64,000 nt of DNA, from positions 17,933 to 81,932 of the forward strand of contig CALEMW010000069.1 of assembly GCA_937910695.1 (NCBI GenBank), in the 5' to 3' direction. The position numbers were made by a program, and so were the translations under genes. The DNA comes from an uncultured bacterium (GTDB lineage Bacteria > Krumholzibacteriota > Krumholzibacteriia > LZORAL124-64-63). Under the pieces are notes generated by a model. That model did no database searches. It saw only the letters and a list, made by a program, of their open reading frames with translations, and was not told where the DNA came from. Each line of letters starts with the position of its first letter. Position 1 is the stretch's first letter. Below, piece by piece: positions 43,704-54,778 of this stretch.

Positions 43704-46700
43704 CCCGCCGGACTCTTAGGCGCCAGGACCACCCGCAAGACTTCCTCGAGCGCCCGGCGATCGAAGGGCTTGGAGAGGGACGCCGCGAAACCATGGGCAA
43801 GGGGATCCGCCATGACCTCGTCGTCGGAATAGCCGCTGACCACGATCCCCCGAACATCCGGGTCAATGGCCTTCATCTCACAGAACGTTTCGAGCCCTCC
43901 CATGCTGCCCGGAACGGTGAGATCGAGGATCACGGCATCGAATGGGCGCCCGGATTCAATCGCGGTCCGGAACGCCTGCACGGCCTCACCTCCCTTATCC
44001 ACAGCCACGACTTCCGAGCCTGAACGCGAGAGGATGCGGTCGATGACTTTCCGCACGTGCTGCTCGTCGTCGAGCACGAGAATGCGGCCGCAAGGAGGCG
44101 GCGAAGTCTCGTCGGGCCTCGACCCTTCCATTTCCGGCTTGTTGGTGGCCGGCAGGATTATTGTGAACGTAGCTCCACATCCCGGCGTGGAGGCCACCGT
44201 CAGCATACCGCCATGGCGGGCGATCACAGAATAGGAGATGGCCAGTCCCAATCCGGTGCCGCCGTCTTTCGTGGTGTAGTAAGGCTCGAACACGTGCTCC
44301 AACCGATCAGCCGGAATACCCGGCCCTTCATCGGCGACAACCAGCTCTACGAAGGAATCGCCGGAAACGCCTTTCGGGGCGGTGTCGATGTTGCGGCCGG
44401 TGATACGAACGTTGCCGCCGTTGACCATGGCTTGGCGGGCATTGATGAACAGATTGCTGAGCACCTGGCCGATCTGGCTCGGGTCTGCTTCCACATTGTT
44501 CAGATCCGCAGCGAGGTCGATGCTCCCGATCACGTTGGTGCCGCTGAGGGCCAGATCGATCGCCTCACGGATGACGGGCATCAGCGAGACTGGTCGGCGC
44601 TGCGGAGCACCGCCGCGGGCGAAGGTCAGCAGATGCTGTGTGAGGGCCTGGGAGCGCCGTCCGGCGCTGATGATACCGGCCAAGCAATCGCGTTCGACGT
44701 CGTCGAGGCTGCGGCTTTCCTCAAGCAATGAGGCATTGCCCATCATCACCATCAGGAAGTTGTTGAAATCATGGGCGATGCCACCTGCCAGCACGCCGAG
44801 AGATTCCAGCTTCTGTGCCCGCACATGTTCCGTCTCGGCCCGTCGGCGGTCGGTAACGTCACGGAACGCCAGAACCATGCCCTCGGACTCGTTTAAGGGA
44901 TCGGCCAGAGGAGCCGACGCGACTTCGAGCCAGCGATCCATATTTGTTTCGTCGAGGACATTCAGACTCACGACCGTCATGCCCACCCTACCGGACATGG
45001 ACTCAGACCACGCCGCGACCTCCGGTAGGACATCGCTGAGCGGTGTCCCCAGCAGACGATCGACATCCAGGCCAGTCACTGCCGCACAGGCAGGATTGAA
45101 CAAGGTGATCACGCCTGCGGCATCGAGGGTCAAAACCCCGTCGGAGATGCTTTGGAGAATCGTCGACAACCGCTCCGACTCGACGCGGAGATGTCTCTCC
45201 GACCGTTCCAGGTCCCGGGTACGGTCCTTCACCTCCAATTCCAGACGATGAGCGTGGCGTCTGCCGACGATCACGGCGATCACCGTCCACATCACGACCG
45301 CATAGAACACGATCATGACGACGCGGAACCACAACCTTTGACGGACCGGCGCGCGGATCGTCCACGACCCCGATGACGCCATCGGTCCTGCAGCGACGTC
45401 GATGCCGACGGCCTGCACATGGAAGCGGTACGTGCCTTGGGGAATGTTGGTATAGCGAACCGTACGCAGAGGGTTGGGGCGGGCCGGAGTCCAACCCTCT
45501 TCGAAGCCTTCCAGCCAGGTTCGAAACCGCTGTCCACGTTCATCGATGTACGAAGACGAGGTGAAATGCACATCGAGGTCCTGAGCGCCGACTCCGAAGT
45601 CCAACTCCTCCATCGACTCCCACATCTGCCCCGCCACTTCGACAGAAGTGACCTTCAACAGTGGTTCGGCGCGGGGCCCGAGATCGAATCGAGAGTCGTA
45701 GACATTGACGCCGCTCTCGGTCCCGATCCACACGGCGCCCCTGCGGTCGACCATCAAGGCATCGCGATTCACCTCATTGCCACGCAGACCCTCACGCACG
45801 CCGATGGTGTCGATCCGTTGGCCATCCCACCTCAGAATGCCGCGGTCTGTACCGATCCACACACGTTCCTCGTGGTCGACGGTCAAGGCGTAGACGGGAC
45901 GATCGATGTCGGGTGCAAGAACGGGCCGGAGCGTTCCGTCTACGGGTACGTAAAGCCCGGCAACCGTTCCCACCCAGATTCCGCCGTCCGGCCTTTCCAG
46001 CAGGGTGTAGCTGTTGTTGGGAGGCCCGCCCCCCTCGACGTAGAAATGTTCAATCTCGTCGTCTTGGATCCGGAACACGCCCTGACGTCCCGTCGCGGCA
46101 TATATCGATCCGTCGGAGGCTATCAAAATCCTTCTGACGAAGATTTCGGGCTTGGTACCGGGCTCCATGAGCCTGATGAATTCGAAGCGATCTCCGTTCC
46201 AGCGCATCAAGCCGCCATGACCTCCCACCAGAATCTGGCCGGAGCGATCGATCACCAACGCAAAGGAGGCCTCTCCGAGGCCGTGTTCAGGCCCATAAGA
46301 CCGAAATCCATCCTCGGGATTCCAGGACTTCACGTTAGCAGAGGCGCAGGCGAGCCAGAGTGTGCCGTCGGCGGCAAGAGCCATGTCCATGATCCGGGCC
46401 GAGGCGGCATCAGGAGGCAACGGCAGGGTATGGGTTTCGGTGTCGAGAAACGTCAGGCCGCCATAATGTCCGAGCACGACAACGCCGGAATCCATTTCGA
46501 TGACCGACGACACTTCGTCGGAATAAAGCCCATGGCGCGGAGTGTAGCTCATGAGATCCCGGCTCATGAGTTTGCTTACGCCCCTCAGGGTCGAGATCCA
46601 AACCGATCCCTCACGGTCGAGACAAATGCCGGTGGCCCCTGCGCTCACCAATCCGTTGTGCTTCCCCAGAAGCTCCACACCTGTCTCGGAGTGATAAGAG

Positions 46701-47548
46701 TAGACAGCCGTACCGTTCCCGAAAAAGAGTCCTCCGGCCGGACCTTCAAGGGCGGTGGTTCCCGATGATGTGAGTCCGAGATCAGGGAAAGGGCCGACCG
46801 AGATGGTGCGGAAACCGTCTTGATCCAGCATTCCGATCCAGTCCGGACTGACGATCCATAAGCCTCCGCCACTCGCCGCGCAAACGGCGACGATTGTCCC
46901 CGCCGGCACTCCCGCGACAGCCTCGGGTTGGGAATCGGCATCGCCCACGAGCCACTGACGAAGTCCGGAATCCGAAGCGAGCAACAGGTGATCCTCGTGG
47001 AAAATCAACGAGTGGGTCGTTCCCAATCCAGCCGCCTCATCGAGAACTCTCCAGATCTCTCCATTCCAGAGAGCGACTTCATGCCCCATGGTGGACAAGG
47101 CGATCCAGTCCATTGAATCTCTCCGTGCCGACACGGCCAGGGACACGATCGCCGCGTTTACTTTTCTCAGAGGCGCCTCGTAAACGGCTGCGGACCCCCT
47201 GTCCACTCCATGGAGAGTCACTTCGAAGGGACTATACAGGGTGGCCGACCAGACGCGCCCCAGAGCATCCGTTGCAAGCTCACCGAACTCCAGATCCGAG
47301 ATCTCTCGGCCCGGATTGATCTCGCGCCATGCCAATCCGTCGTACACGATCAGACCGTGCCTGGTCGCGAACCACATGTAACCGGCGGCATCCTGGGTGA
47401 CGTCATAGAGAGTGTTGGTGATCAACCCGTCCGTACTGTCATAGACATCCACGCGATAATTCTGAGCGAGTGCGGGGGTGGTCAGACCCAACGCCGTGGC
47501 GGCGAGCAGCGCAATGATGGACGCTTTCGTCAACCTCGAATGACGCAT
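43700..47548 (-). CDS. Hybrid sensor kinase: periplasmic beta-propellers and Y_Y_Y domain, PAS, HisKA, HATPase, receiver
   Basis: Repeated D..G..W.G/T propeller motifs; YTNIPQGTYRFHV; GGIAHDFNN; FEPYYTTK.GGTGLGL; DLTVP...KPF. Confidence 0.9.
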   Translation of the reverse strand: MRHSRLTKASIIALLAATALGLTTPALAQNYRVDVYDSTDGLITNTLYDVTQDAAGYMWFATRHGLIVYDGLAWREINPGREISDLEFGELATDALGRVWSATLYSPFEVTLHGVDRGSAAVYEAPLRKVNAAIVSLAVSARRDSMDWIALSTMGHEVALWNGEIWRVLDEAAGLGTTHSLIFHEDHLLLASDSGLRQWLVGDADSQPEAVAGVPAGTIVAVCAASGGGLWIVSPDWIGMLDQDGFRTISVGPFPDLGLTSSGTTALEGPAGGLFFGNGTAVYSYHSETGVELLGKHNGLVSAGATGICLDREGSVWISTLRGVSKLMSRDLMSYTPRHGLYSDEVSSVIEMDSGVVVLGHYGGLTFLDTETHTLPLPPDAASARIMDMALAADGTLWLACASANVKSWNPEDGFRSYGPEHGLGEASFALVIDRSGQILVGGHGGLMRWNGDRFEFIRLMEPGTKPEIFVRRILIASDGSIYAATGRQGVFRIQDDEIEHFYVEGGGPPNNSYTLLERPDGGIWVGTVAGLYVPVDGTLRPVLAPDIDRPVYALTVDHEERVWIGTDRGILRWDGQRIDTIGVREGLRGNEVNRDALMVDRRGAVWIGTESGVNVYDSRFDLGPRAEPLLKVTSVEVAGQMWESMEELDFGVGAQDLDVHFTSSSYIDERGQRFRTWLEGFEEGWTPARPNPLRTVRYTNIPQGTYRFHVQAVGIDVAAGPMASSGSWTIRAPVRQRLWFRVVMIVFYAVVMWTVIAVIVGRRHAHRLELEVKDRTRDLERSERHLRVESERLSTILQSISDGVLTLDAAGVITLFNPACAAVTGLDVDRLLGTPLSDVLPEVAAWSESMSGRVGMTVVSLNVLDETNMDRWLEVASAPLADPLNESEGMVLAFRDVTDRRRAETEHVRAQKLESLGVLAGGIAHDFNNFLMVMMGNASLLEESRSLDDVERDCLAGIISAGRRSQALTQHLLTFARGGAPQRRPVSLMPVIREAIDLALSGTNVIGSIDLAADLNNVEADPSQIGQVLSNLFINARQAMVNGGNVRITGRNIDTAPKGVSGDSFVELVVADEGPGIPADRLEHVFEPYYTTKDGGTGLGLAISYSVIARHGGMLTVASTPGCGATFTIILPATNKPEMEGSRPDETSPPPCGRILVLDDEQHVRKVIDRILSRSGSEVVAVDKGGEAVQAFRTAIESGRPFDAVILDLTVPGSMGGLETFCEMKAIDPDVRGIVVSGYSDDEVMADPLAHGFAASLSKPFDRRALEEVLRVVLAPKSPAG

Positions 47549-47622
47549 CGGAACTCCATAAATAAACAGGAAAATTCAACGATAACCGAAGACTAGCACG
47601 CAGCTATGAGTCCGTCTGCCCA

Positions 47623-47660
47623 GGAAAGTAAACCGCCCGGATCCAGAAGGAACCGGGCGG
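47623..47660 (-). terminator. Intrinsic terminator
   Basis: Minus strand CCGCCCGG-TTCCTTCTGGAT-CCGGGCGG followed by TTTACTTT. Confidence 0.55.
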
Positions 47661-47686
47661 CGAATCGAAATCCTCGTCGATGACGA

Positions 47687-48670
47687 CTACTGCCCGGCCA
47701 TACGATCCGGACGGTAGGTGAACTGGAAGATGAACGCCATGTCGCGGTCGGTGCTGGCAAACTCGTTGTTCCACGACGTGGACACGGGCACACGCGCGCC
47801 CAGGTACGGGTTGAGTTTGCCCAGGGCGTAAGACATTCCGGGGTAGAGGTCGATCACGGTGCCGCCGCTGGTCATGTCGTACTCGAACGTCGGGGTGCCG
47901 TCGGTATAGACGGTCTTGCCCGCCCCGTCGGCGATTTTGTCGGCGCTCGCACCCAGATGCAGCCACCATTTGGCGTTGACGCGCTTGCGGGCGAACACGG
48001 ACCCGATGACCTGGTTGCCGCTGGTCGTGGTCGTCAGGGCCACGGACGTGCCCCAGGGATCGAATTCGTAGCCCGAGTTCTTACGGAAGATCACGCTTGC
48101 GACCCAACCGAAGTCCGGCTGCGACTTGGCGTACTGGGCCTTGGCGAAGTAATCCAGAGTGCCGGTGCCCAGAGGGACAGCGATGAAGTTGTCGACCTTC
48201 TCCTCGTCGCCGGTGGGCAACTTGACGCTGCCCGTAAAGCTGAACACGGCTCCGGCCGAACGGACTTTGGAGTACTCGGCCTCGAAAGTCACATCGCCGA
48301 GACCGCTGGCCTTGCCTTCATTCGTGCCGAACGTGACGGTCTTGTTGAAGATCAGAGGCACACGTGCCTTGAGGGCCAGCGATCGGGACAACCGATAGAA
48401 GGGCGTGAGCAGGCCGGCCTTCTGGGTGTCGCTGAACTCGAAGTAGGATGTCACACCGACATCGCCCTTGTCAGGCTGCACGGCTGTATCGCCGGCCTCG
48501 GGGGCAAAGTCTGTAACGGTGGGCATGATCATCGGCGCAACCGTGGGATCGGCGAAGGGATCGTGATTGTGATCGCCTTCCTGGGCCTGAGCCGCAGCCG
48601 GTATGGCCGCCGCAACGGCCAGCACGATCACCAGAAGCAAGATCCTGTCAATCCAGCGACTCATTCTCAT
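47687..48670 (-). CDS. Outer-membrane beta-barrel 'transporter' (MetA-pathway-like)
   Basis: Signal peptide; SGLGD and KLPTG...PLGTG..D motifs; amphipathic beta strands. Confidence 0.6.
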   Translation of the reverse strand: MRMSRWIDRILLLVIVLAVAAAIPAAAQAQEGDHNHDPFADPTVAPMIMPTVTDFAPEAGDTAVQPDKGDVGVTSYFEFSDTQKAGLLTPFYRLSRSLALKARVPLIFNKTVTFGTNEGKASGLGDVTFEAEYSKVRSAGAVFSFTGSVKLPTGDEEKVDNFIAVPLGTGTLDYFAKAQYAKSQPDFGWVASVIFRKNSGYEFDPWGTSVALTTTTSGNQVIGSVFARKRVNAKWWLHLGASADKIADGAGKTVYTDGTPTFEYDMTSGGTVIDLYPGMSYALGKLNPYLGARVPVSTSWNNEFASTDRDMAFIFQFTYRPDRMAGQ

Positions 48671-48868
48671 GTCGTCCCCTTTCACGGGAAGATGGTGAAC
48701 GCGGATGGTAGCACATGGAAATGGTCTTTCAAACATTCCGATCACATAAGATCAAACAGGTCCTGTATTTATCCTTTCACGAATACCGTTGGCCCGGACA
48801 CTCCGGGCAGTGATATTCTCGGGGCTCGGGCTCATTCGTACTTTTGTTCTCAGCCAGGGAGAATCCAC

Positions 48869-49357
48869 ATGCGAGGATGGCGACGTGTATGGCCGTTGCT
48901 ACTGATCACGGTCGCCGTGATCGCCTGGGCCGCGACCCAGATGCAAAGCGTTCAGGTCCGGAACGGACAACTGCGCGAGCGGCCTTCATTCCTGGGCAAG
49001 GTGACCGCCCAGGTCGCCTACGGCGATCGGATGACGGTCTTGAGCAGCAGCGGCGCCTGGACCAAGGTCCGCAACTCCGGCGGCGTTGAAGGTTGGATCC
49101 ACACTTCCGCGCTGACAGAGAAGAAAGTCGTCCTGCGTTCCGGCAGCGCCGACGTCGCAACCGACGCTTCGGGCGAGGAACTGGCCCTGGCGGGCAAGGG
49201 CTTCAACGACGAAGTCGAGGCCCAATTTCGCGAACAGAACCCAGACGTGGATTACACCTGGGTCGACCGCATGGAAAAAGTGATCGTCACACCCGCTCAG
49301 GCCGGCGACTTCTTGAATGTCGGCGGCGTGCAGCCCCGCGAAGGAGGCGTGCGATGA
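48869..49357 (+). CDS. Exported bacterial SH3-domain protein
   Basis: Signal peptide; LRERPS...V.YGD...W.KV....GWIH; ELALAGKGF. Confidence 0.8.
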   Translation: MRGWRRVWPLLLITVAVIAWAATQMQSVQVRNGQLRERPSFLGKVTAQVAYGDRMTVLSSSGAWTKVRNSGGVEGWIHTSALTEKKVVLRSGSADVATDASGEELALAGKGFNDEVEAQFREQNPDVDYTWVDRMEKVIVTPAQAGDFLNVGGVQPREGGVR

Positions 49358-50259
49358 CGAACCGACGCCTCACCATGCTCTCCAGCCTCGCCGCAGTCCT
49401 GTTGATCGTCGGCTGCGCATCGGTGACCCAGCTCGGCACTCAGCTCGGACAGGGCGCCGGCGTGCTCACCGAAGACGAAGCCACTTCGATCAACCGCGCC
49501 GGCGAGGCGCTGTCGAAGACCTTCGAGGACATCACCCCTGAGCAGGAGTACTACATCGGCCGCGCCGTCGCGGCTTCGATCCTGCACACCTACGCGCCCC
49601 TCGAGAATCGCGACGCCAACACCTACCTCAACAACCTGGGGCAGACCCTGGCCATGGCGTCGGACCGTCCCGAAACCTTCGGCGGCTATCATTTCCTGCT
49701 GCTCGAAAGCGACGAGATCAACGCCTTCGCAGCACCCGGCGGCCTGATCCTCGTGACTCGCGGGATGCTGGCCTGCTGCGCCGGTGAAGACGAGCTCGCG
49801 GCCGTGCTGGCCCACGAGATCGCCCATGTGCAGAACCGCGACGGTCTGCAGGCCATCAAGAAGAGTCGGCTGACGTCGGCCTTCACGATCATCGGCGTCG
49901 AAGCCGCCCGCACTTTGGGCGACGAAGACCTCAAACAGCTGGCTGAAGATTTCGAGGCGAGCATCGATGATATCGCCCAGACCCTGATCAACAGCGGCTA
50001 CGCCCGCGGCGCCGAACAGAACGCCGACCACGACGCCGCAGTGATCCTTCACCGCGTGGGCTACGACCCACAGGCGCTGGTGCGCATGCTGGGTGTCATG
50101 GGAGAGCGCTGGAAACCATCGGGACCGGGATTCGCCCGCACGCACCCGTCTCCCGACGATCGTGTGAAGTCGGTGCGCAGCGGAATTCCTGAAGCCGACG
50201 TCGCCCCCGCTCCCGCAGCGCGGCAGACACGATTCGCCGCCAACCTCGGCGGTATCTAG
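49354..50259 (+). CDS. M48 family zinc metalloprotease lipoprotein
   Basis: Lipobox IVGC; EINAFAAPGG, ELAAVLAHEIAH, E..AD, GYDP and THP...R. Confidence 0.9.
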   Translation: MTNRRLTMLSSLAAVLLIVGCASVTQLGTQLGQGAGVLTEDEATSINRAGEALSKTFEDITPEQEYYIGRAVAASILHTYAPLENRDANTYLNNLGQTLAMASDRPETFGGYHFLLLESDEINAFAAPGGLILVTRGMLACCAGEDELAAVLAHEIAHVQNRDGLQAIKKSRLTSAFTIIGVEAARTLGDEDLKQLAEDFEASIDDIAQTLINSGYARGAEQNADHDAAVILHRVGYDPQALVRMLGVMGERWKPSGPGFARTHPSPDDRVKSVRSGIPEADVAPAPAARQTRFAANLGGI

Positions 50260-50262
50260 TCC

Positions 50263-52293
50263 ATGCCGTCGGCACGCAGACACGGACTGATGATCGGCGC
50301 CGGGGCAGCAGCCCTGGCGCTGATTCTCTGGTTCTCCCACGCCCTCGACGGCTGGGAGCGCACCAGTTGGGACTGGCGTGTGCGGTTGCTGGCGAAACCC
50401 GGACCCGACACCGAACACGTTGTGCTCGTACTCCTTGATCAAGCGAGCCTCGACTGGGGGCAGCAGGAGAACGGACTGTCGTGGCCCTGGCCCCGTGAAG
50501 TGTACGGTCCGATCCTCGACTTCTGCGCCCGCGGCGGAGCGAGAGCCGTGGCCTTCGACGTACTCTTCACCGAACCCTCGACCTATGGCGTGTGGGACGA
50601 CGAAGCCCTCGCCGCTGCCGCTGCCCGCAGCGGCGTATTCATCGGCGCACGGTTTCTCAACGTGCGGCCAGGCGAGCTCGTGGCGAGCGGCGTCACGGAT
50701 CCCATTCCGGAGCTCGCCGCGGTCGGTTTGCTCGCCAACGTCAGCGACGCCCCAGACCCAGACGGCATCATGCGCAGCGCCGGCCTCGTACGATCCTTCG
50801 ACGGAGCCCTGATTCCCTCGTTAGGCCTGGGAGCATGGCTTGTCGGCGCCGGCATCGACGCCGATCCGGTGATGGAAGACGGTGAGCTCCGTTTCGGCGA
50901 CCATCGAGTGCCGATCGCCCCCGACGGCACCGCCCTGCTGCGCTATCGCGGCAGCCCCGACGTGTTCCCCACCTTCAGCGCAGCCTCGGTGATCCAGTCG
51001 GAACTGCGCCTGCTCGAAGGCGAAGAGCCGACCATCGACCCCGACGTATTCCGCGACAAAATCGTCCTCTTCGGCTTCAGCGCCCCCGGCCTGCTCGACC
51101 TGCGACCCACCCCAACCAGCCGTGTCAGTCCTGGTATCGTGGTCCACGCCACGGTCGTCGACAACCTTCTGTCCGACTCCTTCATGCGTACGGCCCCCAA
51201 CGCCGCCGCCGGCCTCGGCATCCTGGTCCTGGCCCTGGCGGTCGGCGTGATGATCACCGCGGGGGTTCGCACCCGCGGCACCGTGCTGATCGCCTTGGTG
51301 ACCCTGCCTCTTCCCGCCCTGCTGGGTTGCGCCGCCTACGCTGCCGGGCTGTGGTGGCCCGTACTGCCCGCCACGGCCGCGGTCGCTACGGCGCTCTTCG
51401 GCGGTCTCGCCCGCAACTTCGCCGTGGAAGGAAAGCAGCGGAGGTTCATCAAGTCGGCCTTCAAGCACTACCTGAGCCCCGACGTCATCGAGCGCATCCT
51501 CGTCGACCCCGACGCCCTCCGCCTGGGCGGCGAGCGCCGCGAACTGACGATCATGTTCTCCGACCTCGCCGGCTTCACCTCGCTGTCCGAGGGCCTCGAC
51601 CCCATCGAGCTGACGTCGCTGCTCAACGACTACCTCACCGACATGACCGACATCATCCTCGAAGAGGGCGGCACCCTGGACAAGTACGAGGGCGACGCGA
51701 TCATCGCCTTCTGGAACGCGCCCCTCGAACAGCCCGACCACGCCGCACGCGCCTGCCGCGCCGCGGTACGCTGCCAGCGCAAGCTTGCGGAGCGACGCCC
51801 CGCCTTCCGTGAACGCTGCGGCCGCGACCTCACCATGCGCATGGGCCTACACACGGGTCACGTGGTGGTGGGCAACATGGGTTCGCACCAACGCTTCGAC
51901 TACACTGTGCTCGGCGACGCAGCCAATCTGGCTTCACGACTCGAAGGAGCCAACAAGGCCTTCGCCTCCGACACGATGATCAGCGGCGCGACGCTCGCGC
52001 AGGCCTGCGACTCTGTGATGGTGCGCGATCTCGGTACGGTGCGCGTGGTGGGCCGCGGCGAACCGGTCGCGGTGCATCAACTGATCGGGCTGGCCGGCGA
52101 AGAACGCCCGGCCGCCATCCGCAACTTCGACGCCGGACTGGCGCGACTGCGGGCCGGAGAAATCGAAGCGGCTCTTGCAGCCTTCGAAGATCTGTCCGAC
52201 GATCCCGTAGCGGTCTGCTTCGCCGACCGCTGCCGCGCCGCCCGCGACGCCGGCGAACCGTTTCTCGGCGACTGGAACCTGACGAGCAAGTAG
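50263..52293 (+). CDS. CHASE2-domain class III adenylate cyclase
   Basis: WPWPR, FDVLF.E and D.DG..R (CHASE2); three TMs; FSDLAGFT, DKYEGDA, FDYTVLGD and NLASRLE. Confidence 0.92.
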   Translation: MPSARRHGLMIGAGAAALALILWFSHALDGWERTSWDWRVRLLAKPGPDTEHVVLVLLDQASLDWGQQENGLSWPWPREVYGPILDFCARGGARAVAFDVLFTEPSTYGVWDDEALAAAAARSGVFIGARFLNVRPGELVASGVTDPIPELAAVGLLANVSDAPDPDGIMRSAGLVRSFDGALIPSLGLGAWLVGAGIDADPVMEDGELRFGDHRVPIAPDGTALLRYRGSPDVFPTFSAASVIQSELRLLEGEEPTIDPDVFRDKIVLFGFSAPGLLDLRPTPTSRVSPGIVVHATVVDNLLSDSFMRTAPNAAAGLGILVLALAVGVMITAGVRTRGTVLIALVTLPLPALLGCAAYAAGLWWPVLPATAAVATALFGGLARNFAVEGKQRRFIKSAFKHYLSPDVIERILVDPDALRLGGERRELTIMFSDLAGFTSLSEGLDPIELTSLLNDYLTDMTDIILEEGGTLDKYEGDAIIAFWNAPLEQPDHAARACRAAVRCQRKLAERRPAFRERCGRDLTMRMGLHTGHVVVGNMGSHQRFDYTVLGDAANLASRLEGANKAFASDTMISGATLAQACDSVMVRDLGTVRVVGRGEPVAVHQLIGLAGEERPAAIRNFDAGLARLRAGEIEAALAAFEDLSDDPVAVCFADRCRAARDAGEPFLGDWNLTSK

Positions 52294-53175
52294 GTGGACA
52301 TGGAGATCCTCTTCGGCGGCGTGCGCGGCACGACGCCCCGCGCCGAATCAAGGTTCGCGATCTATGGCGGCCACACGACCTGCCTACTGGTCACCGGAGC
52401 CGGCGGCGAGCGTCTGATGCTCGACGCGGGGAGCGGCGTACACGTCGCCAACGCGGCCCTCGAAGCCGTGTCGGGCCTCGACCTGCTGGTGCTGTTCACT
52501 CATCTGCACCTCGACCACATCCTGGGACTGCCCCTGCTCACGACCCTGTTCGACGCCGAAGCCCGGGTGGAACTGGCGTCCGTATCCAACGACAACGAGG
52601 GTCCCTGCAGGGCCTTCGAGCGCCTGCTCGACCCACCGCTCTGGCCCCTCGGCCTGGATGCCCTGCCGGCAACCGTGACGTACAGCAGCGTGCCGCCGGG
52701 CAAACTCACGCAGACGGAGCCCGTGCTGCGCCAAGGGAATCTCGAGATACGGGGCTGTGCCGTGCCCCATCCCAACGGCTGCACTGGCTGGCGCGTCGAC
52801 GAACCGTCCACGGGGGCTTCGTTCGTCTTCGCCACCGACATGGAGTGGTCCGCCGCAGGCCCCAAGCACCGCGAGGCCTTCCTTGCGACGTGCCGCGACG
52901 CGGATCTGCTGATCATGGACGGCCACTTCACCGCCGCCGAGCTGCCCGACCGCACGGGCTGGGGCCACAGTTCCCACGATGAGTGCGTCGCCGTGGCCCA
53001 GGAAGCCGGTGTCCGTCGACTGTTGATCACCCATCACGCCCCCGACAACGACGACGTCCTCCTCGCGGACCTCGACCGCGAGCTGAATGCTTCATGGTCC
53101 GGCGCCTCTCTCGCCCGCCAGGGCGATACTGTGATCCTGAACGAAGCCCTCCGTGAAGGAAGGAACTCCCTTTGA
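52294..53175 (+). CDS. Metallo-beta-lactamase-fold hydrolase (putative cyclic-nucleotide phosphodiesterase)
   Basis: GVRGTTP, YGGHTTC, DAGSG, THLHLDH, HPNG, TD.E, GWGHS and THHAP. The start is GTG 52294 or ATG 52300. Confidence 0.82.
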   Translation: MDMEILFGGVRGTTPRAESRFAIYGGHTTCLLVTGAGGERLMLDAGSGVHVANAALEAVSGLDLLVLFTHLHLDHILGLPLLTTLFDAEARVELASVSNDNEGPCRAFERLLDPPLWPLGLDALPATVTYSSVPPGKLTQTEPVLRQGNLEIRGCAVPHPNGCTGWRVDEPSTGASFVFATDMEWSAAGPKHREAFLATCRDADLLIMDGHFTAAELPDRTGWGHSSHDECVAVAQEAGVRRLLITHHAPDNDDVLLADLDRELNASWSGASLARQGDTVILNEALREGRNSL

Positions 53176-54776
53176 AAGCCTACCTACCCGCGATCATCGA
53201 AATCCTCGCCCTGCTCGTGATCTGGCTGCTCGCCACGGCCGTGAGCGGTCCGCTGCGCCGACGGCTGCACCGCGACGCGGGCAAGCTGCGCCCCATCTCC
53301 ATCATCGTCGACCTGCTTGCCCACGTGTCGCGTCCCCTGCTGGTACTGGCGTTCACGGAACTTGCGGTGCTGGCGGCCGCGCCGAGTCTTCAACTCGACA
53401 CATGGGTCACGACGCGGATGAGCCACCTCATCGCCTGGCGCATATTTTGGCTGGGCATGCTGGGCATCCTGATGGTCGAAGGCGTGATCAAGTCGGTCTT
53501 CCGCTGGCGGCGCCGCACCTTCCCCGTACCCGACCTGCTCGAGAAGATCATGCGCGGCGCGCTGGTGCTGGCGGTGGCCTTCCTGACGCTGCGCGTGGAG
53601 ATGGGCGTGGACATAGGTCCGCTGCTGGCCTCGACGGCGCTGTTGTCGGCGGTGATCGGTTTCGCGTTGCAGGGCGTGCTGGGCAACCTGCTCGCGGGCA
53701 TGTCGCTGCACCTGGTCCGTACGTTGAAGCCTGGACTGTGGATCGAAGTGGACGGCATCGAGGGCAAGGTCGTCACCACCAACTGGCGCGAGACGCGCAT
53801 CCGCACCCGCGGCGGCCATCTGCACGTGCTGCCCAACGCCAAGGTGGCCGAGGCCCGCGTCCACAACCTGAACGATCCCACGCCCATGCGCATGCACGCC
53901 GTCGAGGTGGGGGCCAGCTACAGCGATGCTCCGGACGAGGTGATCGCGGCGCTGATCGAGGCGGCGCACAGCGTGCCCGAGGTCAAAGCGCACCCCGAGC
54001 CTGCGGCCGTCATCACCGCCTACATGGACTTCGGCATCAACTACCGACTGATGTACTGGACCTCCGACTACCCTCGTCACATCGCCATCGACGGCCAGGT
54101 CAACAGGATGATCTGGTACAAGTTCAAACGCCGCGGCATCGAGATCCCCTTCCCCATGAGCGACAAGCTGCTCAACGACTTCATGGCCGTGGTCTACAAC
54201 CAGCGGAAGCTGCCGCCGTCGGACGCGGACGTCGAGACCACGGTCCGCGACCTGGCGCTCAGCGACCTGGCCAACTCGTTGATCGCGAACGCCGACGGCG
54301 AACCGTTGCTGAACCACGACGACCTGCTAACCATCGCACCCTTGGTCCGCCGTCTTCCCTACACTCACGGAGAAGTTCTCTGCACCCAGGGCGACGAAGG
54401 TGAAACCTTCTGGGTCCTTGCATCGGGCGAGCTGACCGGCACGGTGAATCAGGACGGCGATGTTGCCGCGGCGTTCACCTTGAAGCCGGGCTGCGTCGTC
54501 GGCGAGATGAGCGCCCTGACCGGCGTGCCCCGCAGCGCCACCATCGCGGTGAGCGCTCCTTCGATTCTCTTGGAGTTTGGCCCGGAAGCGTTCCGCGCCT
54601 TGCTGAGTCTCCACGAGAACATCCCAATCCATCTGAGCGAACTGGCCGCAGCCCGCGCCGCCAAGAACCGTACGGCTCTCGAAGCGTTGGCCAAGAGGAA
54701 AGCCGACGCCGGCGAAGTCGTGCTCGAACAGACCAATATCCTGAAACGCCTGCTGCGCATCGTGAAGAGAGGCTGA
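53172..54776 (+). CDS. MscS-family channel with a C-terminal cyclic-nucleotide-binding domain (bCNG-like)
   Basis: IGFALQ.VLGNL.AG, WRET, PN and GIEIPFP (MscS); QGDEG..F and VGEMSALTGVPRSAT (cNMP phosphate-binding cassette); TTG start behind AGGA. Confidence 0.9.
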   Translation: MKAYLPAIIEILALLVIWLLATAVSGPLRRRLHRDAGKLRPISIIVDLLAHVSRPLLVLAFTELAVLAAAPSLQLDTWVTTRMSHLIAWRIFWLGMLGILMVEGVIKSVFRWRRRTFPVPDLLEKIMRGALVLAVAFLTLRVEMGVDIGPLLASTALLSAVIGFALQGVLGNLLAGMSLHLVRTLKPGLWIEVDGIEGKVVTTNWRETRIRTRGGHLHVLPNAKVAEARVHNLNDPTPMRMHAVEVGASYSDAPDEVIAALIEAAHSVPEVKAHPEPAAVITAYMDFGINYRLMYWTSDYPRHIAIDGQVNRMIWYKFKRRGIEIPFPMSDKLLNDFMAVVYNQRKLPPSDADVETTVRDLALSDLANSLIANADGEPLLNHDDLLTIAPLVRRLPYTHGEVLCTQGDEGETFWVLASGELTGTVNQDGDVAAAFTLKPGCVVGEMSALTGVPRSATIAVSAPSILLEFGPEAFRALLSLHENIPIHLSELAAARAAKNRTALEALAKRKADAGEVVLEQTNILKRLLRIVKRG

Positions 54777-54778
54777 CC